A stretch of DNA of 64,000 bases from Eledone cirrhosa (taxonomy: Eukaryota): NCBI GenBank assembly GCA_964016885.1, contig OZ024743.1:202306001-202370000 (forward strand), read 5' to 3'. Under the pieces are notes generated by a model that made no database searches, was not told the DNA's origin, and saw only the letters and a list, made by a program, of their open reading frames with translations. The translations under genes and the position numbers were made by a program. Below are positions 56,923-64,000 of the stretch, piece after piece (positions within the stretch are counted from its first letter, which is position 1; the number at the start of each line of letters is the position of its first letter).

Positions 56923-59900
56923 TTTTCTTTATTAACCACAAGGGTTTACATAAAGTAGACATTAAGGACAGTACAGGACAATACAGGACGGTAGAAAAGG
57001 GCATTTCTGCGTGTAAAACAAAACAAGAAACAGAGGATGCAATAATAGAACAATGAAAAAATTCCCCAATAGGGGGGAGGCCTCCGAGGGACATTCGTGG
57101 TGAAAGCCCATTAAAAAGCCACAGTGACCCTGAACACCAGGGCAAGTGGCCTCTCCCAGTTTTCCACCTTTAATTTACAGACACATACTCAGAGTAGGCC
57201 CATTCACTCGGGCCATTCTTGCCTCTCTCACCCATCTTTCAACAAAATGTGGGAAGAGAGCAGTTCCCCCTCTACCCTGATTTTCCTTTTCAAATGAAAT
57301 TTGTAAAAAGTTAATCAGGCCATCACCGAAGAGGTAAATGCTCGTCTTTAGCCCTTTCAAACGGGTCCACCATACTATCTCTCTCGCCATGGCCACCAGA
57401 CAGATAAAAACTGCCTGCCCTTCCCGGCTAAAGAAAGAGGGCGGAGCTATCCTCACGATGGACTCAGCTGATAGCCGGATCCGTCCTACACGCGACAGCA
57501 GGTGTTCGACATAAAACCACAAGTCAGCCATGCTCGGACACTGGACGAGTGCGTGCAGGACGGTTTCGTCGCCCTGCGCGCATCTCGGACATGCCCGGCT
57601 GACGGCACGTCCATGCCTATAGAGTTTATCCCGAACTGGCAAAGCCCCTCGGTAGCACTGCCAGGCCAAAGATTTCTGGAAGTTGTCCATAGACCCCGGC
57701 CCGAAAGTTCTTCCGAAGAGATTGGCTAGTTGATTTTCGTCGACTCCTAGAGTTAACCCAAGTACGTCGTTGCTCTTCCCCTTCACTAATCCTCTATAGA
57801 ACGCCAAGCTGGAGTTTCCACCGATCACATTGCCCGATTAGTCGAGGTCTGTGAGCGCCTGAAGACATTCCAGTCTTCAAACGCTCCCTCTCGGTCTTCG
57901 CTTGACCCAGGACTGCAGCTCCGTCAACGAGACAAGCTGGGGAAAGACGCGTCTAGCAAACGGCGACCACACCTGATCACCCTCGAGGAAGAGGTGGAGA
58001 TGTCGTAGCCTGAGCGCGTGTCTGCGCATCGCAGCCACGGCATGCCCAGCCCTCCACATAGCCGGTGTTGACAGCAGATGGACCGCCTGACCATTGGAGC
58101 GTGTCCCTTCCACAAAAAGCGAAAGAGCAAACGCTCCAGCGCAGTCACGCGGGGCTTAGGACAAGGTACGACGGTCAGGCGGTAGTAGATGACGGACGCG
58201 ATATACGCGTTAGCCACCTCCGCTCAACCTTTCAGGGATAGCTTCCTCTCCGCCCATTTCTGGGGGAGAGAAGCCACCCTGCTCGTCACCTCGTCCCAGT
58301 TTTTGTCCGTCTGGAGGTCCGGAACAAACCAGACCCCGAGCAATTTAACAGGTCCGACCGTCCAGCACCCGGCGACGCTGTTGGACGGCATGGACCTGAC
58401 TCTCCAGGTGCCGAGCTGTAGGCCCACTGACTTTTCCTGCTTGATCATTGCTCCTGTCACCGCTTCGTATTCTCTTAGTGTAGTGCCGATCGCCTCGATG
58501 TGTTTGACGTTCGACACCACTACGGTGACATCGTCCGTCTATGCTGACGTGAGTCAATACGTACACTAGGGACGAGAGGGGACATCCTTGGCGGACAGAG
58601 CGCATGATGTTGAACGGTTCCCAAAGGTGACCGTTCACTCTCACCACAGAGCAGATGTCGCTGTGCATGGCAGCGATCCAGCCTCTGAAGAGGGGCCCAA
58701 AGCCAGCCGCCCTCAGGACTGCCGCTAGGTAACGATGGTCGACCCTATCGAAAGCTTTTGACTGATCTAAATTTATCAAGGACCCACCTATGCCGGTTTC
58801 CCTAGCTACCCTCTCTACGATGTATCGCATGAGGTGGAGGTTTTCGTGGATGGATCTGTCGGGAATGGCGCATGTCTGTGCCTCTCCCACCAGACCACCA
58901 ACGAAAAGCACCAACCTCTTTGCTAGCACCTTGAACGAAATCTTAAACTCTGTATTTAGCAGAGTTATGGGCCTAAAATTATCTATGTTATTCCCCTTGT
59001 TCGGATCCTTTCTCAGCAGCGCCACAGCTCCTCGGCTCACAAAGCTGGGTATTCTCCCTTACTGTTGCCAGTTGCAGTAGACGTCCGCCAAGAGGCCTCC
59101 GAACAAGTCTGGCATTGTACGTAAAGTTCATAGGGCAGGCCATCCAAACCAGGCGATTTACCCCTTGTGCAACCAGTCATTGCTTCCATACTTCAGCGGC
59201 TGTTATCGGCTTTTCGCAACACTCCGCCTCAGTGGCTGAGAGCCGCGGCAGTCCGTCGAGGTAGACACTAAAGTCCATCTCTCGATCCCGCCCGCCACAT
59301 CCCCCGAACAGATGTGCGAAGTGTCGCTGAAAAGCTTAACACATTTGCCAGGTTTCGAGTAGCATGCGCCCGTCGTTGTCCACCAAAGACCGGATCGTGG
59401 CTTTGTTGCCACGACGCGACTCCACCACTCGGGCCCATTGAACGGCTTTCATCCCCACATGTCTGAGAGCACGCACCCTAGCTCTGACAACGCAGCCTTC
59501 GTGCTTTGCATTGAAGAATTGGTCAAGGGCCAATTTCGCCGCAAGCACGTCGGTCGCGATGCCTTTGCTAAGCGCCTCGTCTAATTTTCTAACTAATTCT
59601 CCCTCTGCTCTATTTTTCTCTATTGCTAAAGCCTTACTAAACCTAATGGACTCTATTCTAATTGCTCTTTTCAGAGCAAACCACCACTTGTTGTTGACGA
59701 TGGTCCCCGTCAACGCTCGCTTAACTAGTTCGCTAATCCGGTATCTGTAGGCTTTGCGCACTGGTAAGGACGCGTTTAACTTCCAGTAGCCGGATCCTCG
59801 TCTATGAAGCCTATCTAAGTCAAGCACACAGATCACGAATTTGTGGTCTGTGTAGCTGACTATCTTGAATTGTGGACAGCCTATGCTAGACCTATCTATT

Positions 59901-62719
59901 TCCCTACAAAATAGTCTACCTAGATATGATCTGGATGACCCTATGCGATTTGTCCAAGTCCACATTGGCACATTCGGGAAATCCAATCGGTACCTGTCAG
60001 AGAGTACAAAACGCCTGAGCAGGTTGGGGAGGCTCTTGCACCCTCCTCCCCTATCCACTAATCCCACATAGTCCCAGCGTGCATCTACGATCCCGTTCCA
60101 GTCGCCCACTAACACTAAACAGCGGGACGTCCCAAGAAAGGTCTCCAGACGCCGGAAGAAATCAGGCCGCCCTGCTCCTGTCGGGGCGTAGACGGCCACT
60201 AGCCTGAAAGCTTGCCAGTCTCCGCTGGTCACGTCTAGCACTACCAACTTACCTTCTGGGTCCAGGAAGATGGCCTGTATTGCGAGATCCAAACCTCTCC
60301 AAAAAAGCACAGCAACTCCTACCCCCGATCCCGGATGGCTGGGAGTTGCGTGCACATCGAAGCCGCCGAAAATCGGTGCGAAGGCCCATGCTTCGGAGAT
60401 TCTAATCTCGCTGATGGCCACTACATCTATGTTTAGTGACCTGAGGTCGTTGAGCAGGTGGCCCTACTTCCATGACGACAACAAGCCACGCGCATTTATG
60501 CTGCCTATTCTGAGTGAGGTCATGTTGAAATGGAGTGGAAAAGATGGGAAATACCACTTACCTTACTTCTCGTAGAGGAAGGATGGTTTGTCCATCCTTT
60601 TCACTGCTTGTGGCCTCCTCCGGAAGGATGTCCTTATAAATCCTCCTGGAGAGTGTTTGTCGGAAGTCTCCGATGTCTTTGGGGAATTTCTTTTTTAGTG
60701 TCGTGTACGTTTTCTGTGTGATGCGAGTGATTTGTATGTGTGGAGGTGGTGTGAACTTTTGGGTTGTTGTGTAGTCTGTTTCTGTGATGCTGGTGTTGGA
60801 TGTAGTGTAATAATTGGTTGTTGTTAAAATGTAATTGTTTCTACTTTAGTCACAAGGCCAGCAATTACCCAGTGCAGTGTAGTGTGTATCGTTTTGGTTG
60901 TTTTGTTTTGTTTGTGTTTGTTGTTGGTTTGTTTCTGTTACGCTTTTTGGTGACTCTTGTGGTATTGGTGATGGTGGTTTGGGGGTTAATGATGGTGATG
61001 GTGTTGGTATTTGTGGTGATGGGGTTGGTGATTCTGGCGTGGATGGTGGCATATCTGTCCTAACTTTTTTGTTTGATAGTTTATTTGTTTCCCTCTGCAT
61101 TTTGTTTTTGGAGGGGGAAGGAAGATAATATTTTTGTTTTTTGGTTTTTGGGGTTTTTTTTCCTGATACCGTTTCCCACTCCTCGTCGTCACAATCTGTC
61201 TCCTGTTGCGATAAGCCGGGGAGTTGAAAATCCTCCACATGCGTTGGTTTTGGTTGTGGCGTGGTGGATGGTGTAGGCGCTGGTGCTAGTTCTGGAGTGG
61301 TGGTGGTGTTGGTTTTGATACTGTTGCTGCGGTTGTTGCCATTACAGTTGCTTCTGTTGTTGCTGCTACTGTTGTTGCTGCCATCTCTGCTGCTGGTGGT
61401 GTTGATGGTTGAGTCACTGGGGTGGGTAAGAGAGGTGTCTTCAACCTTTTAGCCTGAGGGCAGAAAGCCCTTAGGTGGGTTTCTTCACCACAAACGACAC
61501 ACCAATGCCATCTGCCCTCGACGATTACGGTGAGGTGGCTACCGTCAGTGACGTCTATTACCTCTGGGATCTCCTCAATGCTTTTATGGTCCGCTTGGAT
61601 CAGGAGCTCCATCCTAGATACGGACCAGTTCTCCTGCTTTTCTTTCACTATTTCGATTATCTTGGTGTTGGCCTCGATGCCGGCGAGGACGGCATTCATT
61701 AGCCAGGGAATTTCGATGGCCGGTGGAACGTGGGTCACCCTGATCTTCACGAAACTCTGGCCACAATAGCTTGGGACGAGTGTGAAGTCGTCACTTCTTA
61801 ATGGGGCCATAGAGTGTTCTCTGGCCTCCTGTTGTGTTTCAAAGAACACGTCCACGGTTCCATATTTCTGCCCACGTCTGATGTGGGTTTTTTTTTGCCC
61901 ACACATGTCCCAAAGCTCTTTGGAATTGGGACTCGGATGCCCGTTCCACTCGGCGCGATTTTATGTTAATTATCCGATAAGACACGGTGCATAGGCGACG
62001 ATGCTCCATTTTATTTTTGTGAGACTGACCCTGTACCCATCTTTCTTTACCATTCTTTTGGCTTCTTCTAATTCTTCCTGAGTTACCTGGATCGCTTCGC
62101 ACGTTTTTACTACTCTCGCAAAAGACAGGGTAGTTTTCTTAATTTCATTGTTGCTGTTGTTGTCATCGTTATTTTTGTTATTGTTAATTTTAGTTTCAGT
62201 TGTGGTGGTGGTGGCGTCAGTGGTATTCGGTGTGGAAGAGTTCATTTTGGTTGAATTCATTTCAATATCACGAGTTAATTTATTTTTTCTTTTGTTTCTG
62301 TTGTCGCTATGGTGGTGGTGGGGGTGGCGGCTTTAACACCTGCAGTCATTGGTAATGGCGGGAAATTAATGTCTGCCTGAGACAAATTTATAATATTGCT
62401 ACTGCTTATATGTTTAGTGTTGGCAAACGTAGTAATATTTACAATGGTGGTGTCGGTGTGAGGTGTTAGTTTGTGAGGAAGGTGTGACTCTGAGTCGGCC
62501 ATGATTTTTCAAACAAAATTTTTTTTGTTTGATATTTATAAAAAGTTTAAATTTTGTGCTCCAGGTCCCAATCTTTTTGAGTGTTCTTTTCAGAAATCAA
62601 TGTATGTGCACTTATATACGGTTAACAATAAAAATTTCCCATAAATGGCAATTTTAAACAACTGAAAGTAACATACATTTGCGGAGCTCACGATGAATCG
62701 ATTTACTACGTAGGTCGCC
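56922..62719 (-). mobile_element. Full-length Tx1-group LINE, array copy 2, with (ATT)n tail 56868-56921
   Basis: 5' GGCGACCTACGTAGTAAATCG. ORF1 ~60558-62502 and ORF2 57175-60523, both disrupted. ~60-bp deletion just before the RT YADD motif (~58548). Confidence 0.92.
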
Positions 62720-62737
62720 AATAATAATAATAATAAT

Positions 62738-64000
62738 ACTTTCTTTATTATCCACAAGGGTTTACATAAAGTAGATATTAAGGACAGTACAGGACAATAC
62801 ACGACGGTAGAAAAGGGCATTTCTGCGTGTAAAACAAAACAAGAAACAGAGGATGTAATAATGGAACAATGAAAAAATTCCCCAATAGGGGGGAGGCCTC
62901 CGAGGGACATTCGTGGAGAAAGCCAATTAAAAAGCCACAGTGACCCTGACTACCAGGGCAAGTGGCCTCTCCCAGTTTTCCTCCTTTAAAATACAGACAC
63001 ATACACAGAGTAGGCCCATTCACTCGGACTATTCTTGCTTCTCTCACCCATCTTTCAACAAAATGCTGGGAAGAGAGCACTTCCCCCTCTACCCTGATTT
63101 TCCTTTTCAAATGAAATTTGAAAAGGTTAATCAGAGCATCACCGAAGAGGTAAATGCTCGTCTTCAGCCCTTTCAAACGTGTCCACCATACTATCTCTTT
63201 CGCCATGGCCACCAGACAGATAAAAACTGCCTGCCCTTCCCGATAAAGAAAGAGGGCGGTGCAATCCTCACGATGGACTCAGCTGATAGCCGAATCCGTC
63301 CTACACGCGACAGCAGGTGTTCGACATAAAACCACAAGTCAGCAATGCTCGCACACTGGACGAGTGCCTGCAGGACGGTTTCGTCGCCCTGCGCGCATCT
63401 CGGACATGCCCGGCTGACGGCACGTCTCAAAGCCCTCCCTCTCGGTCTCCGCTTGACCCAGGACTGCAGCTCCGTCAAGGAGACGAGCTGGGGAAAGACG
63501 CGTCTAGCAAACGGCGACCACACCTGATCACCGTCGAGGAAGAGGTGGAGATGTCGTAGCCTGAGCGCGTGTCTGCGCATCATCAGCCACGGCATGCCCA
63601 GCCATCCACGTAGCGGGTGTTGACAGCAGATGGACCGCCTGACCATCGAAGCGCGTCCCTTCCAGAAAAAGCGAAAGAGCAAACGCTCCAGCGCAGTCAG
63701 GCGGGGCTTAGGACAAGGTACGACGGTCAGGCGGTAGTAGATGACGGACGCGATGTACGCGTTAGCCACCTCCGCTCGACCTTTCAGGGATAGCTTCCTC
63801 TCCGCCCATTTCTGGGTGAGAGAAGCCACCTTGCTCGTCACCTCGTCCCAGTTTTTGTCCGTCTGGAGGTCCGGACTGAACCAGACCCCGAGCAATTTAA
63901 CAGGCCCGTCCGACCAGCGCCCGACAACGCTGTTGGACGGCATGGACCTGCACCTCCAGGTGCCGAGCTGCAGGCCCCCTAACTTTTCCTGGTTGATCAT
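62738..64000 (-). mobile_element. Tx1-group LINE, array copy 3 (continues past window end), with (ATT)n tail 62720-62737
   Basis: ORF2 C-terminal half (63191-64000) with an internal deletion near 63427. Same 3' UTR. Confidence 0.9.

Overview
AT-rich, microsatellite-saturated animal (metazoan) DNA. The SINE and simple-repeat make-up looks like a coleoid cephalopod such as an octopus; this is an inference. I cannot support any host gene. Almost all short ORFs in the track are translations of (TA)n, (TG)n, (TAG)n or (AAT)n. Identifiable content: (1) a decayed Penelope-like element (PLE) with RT and C-terminal GIY-YIG, Naiad-like, in head-to-head inverted arrangement (24617-27459); (2) about seven sequence-distinct families of short non-coding fold-back elements embedded in (TA)n or other microsatellites, most carrying type I hammerhead ribozyme (HHR) motifs. 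They share one architecture with the PLE: an inverted arm pair plus a one-sided tail that starts with an RCTC...GAGY stem a few nt past the arm end; (3) several further solo HHR motifs; (4) Tx1-group L1-clade LINEs: a head-to-tail array of at least 3 copies joined by (AAT)n (50994-64000), plus two copies of other subfamilies; (5) RTE and mariner remnants, tRNA-derived SINEs, Helitron/HINE-like and MITE-like elements. All coordinates were read by eye and ends may be off by a few nt.
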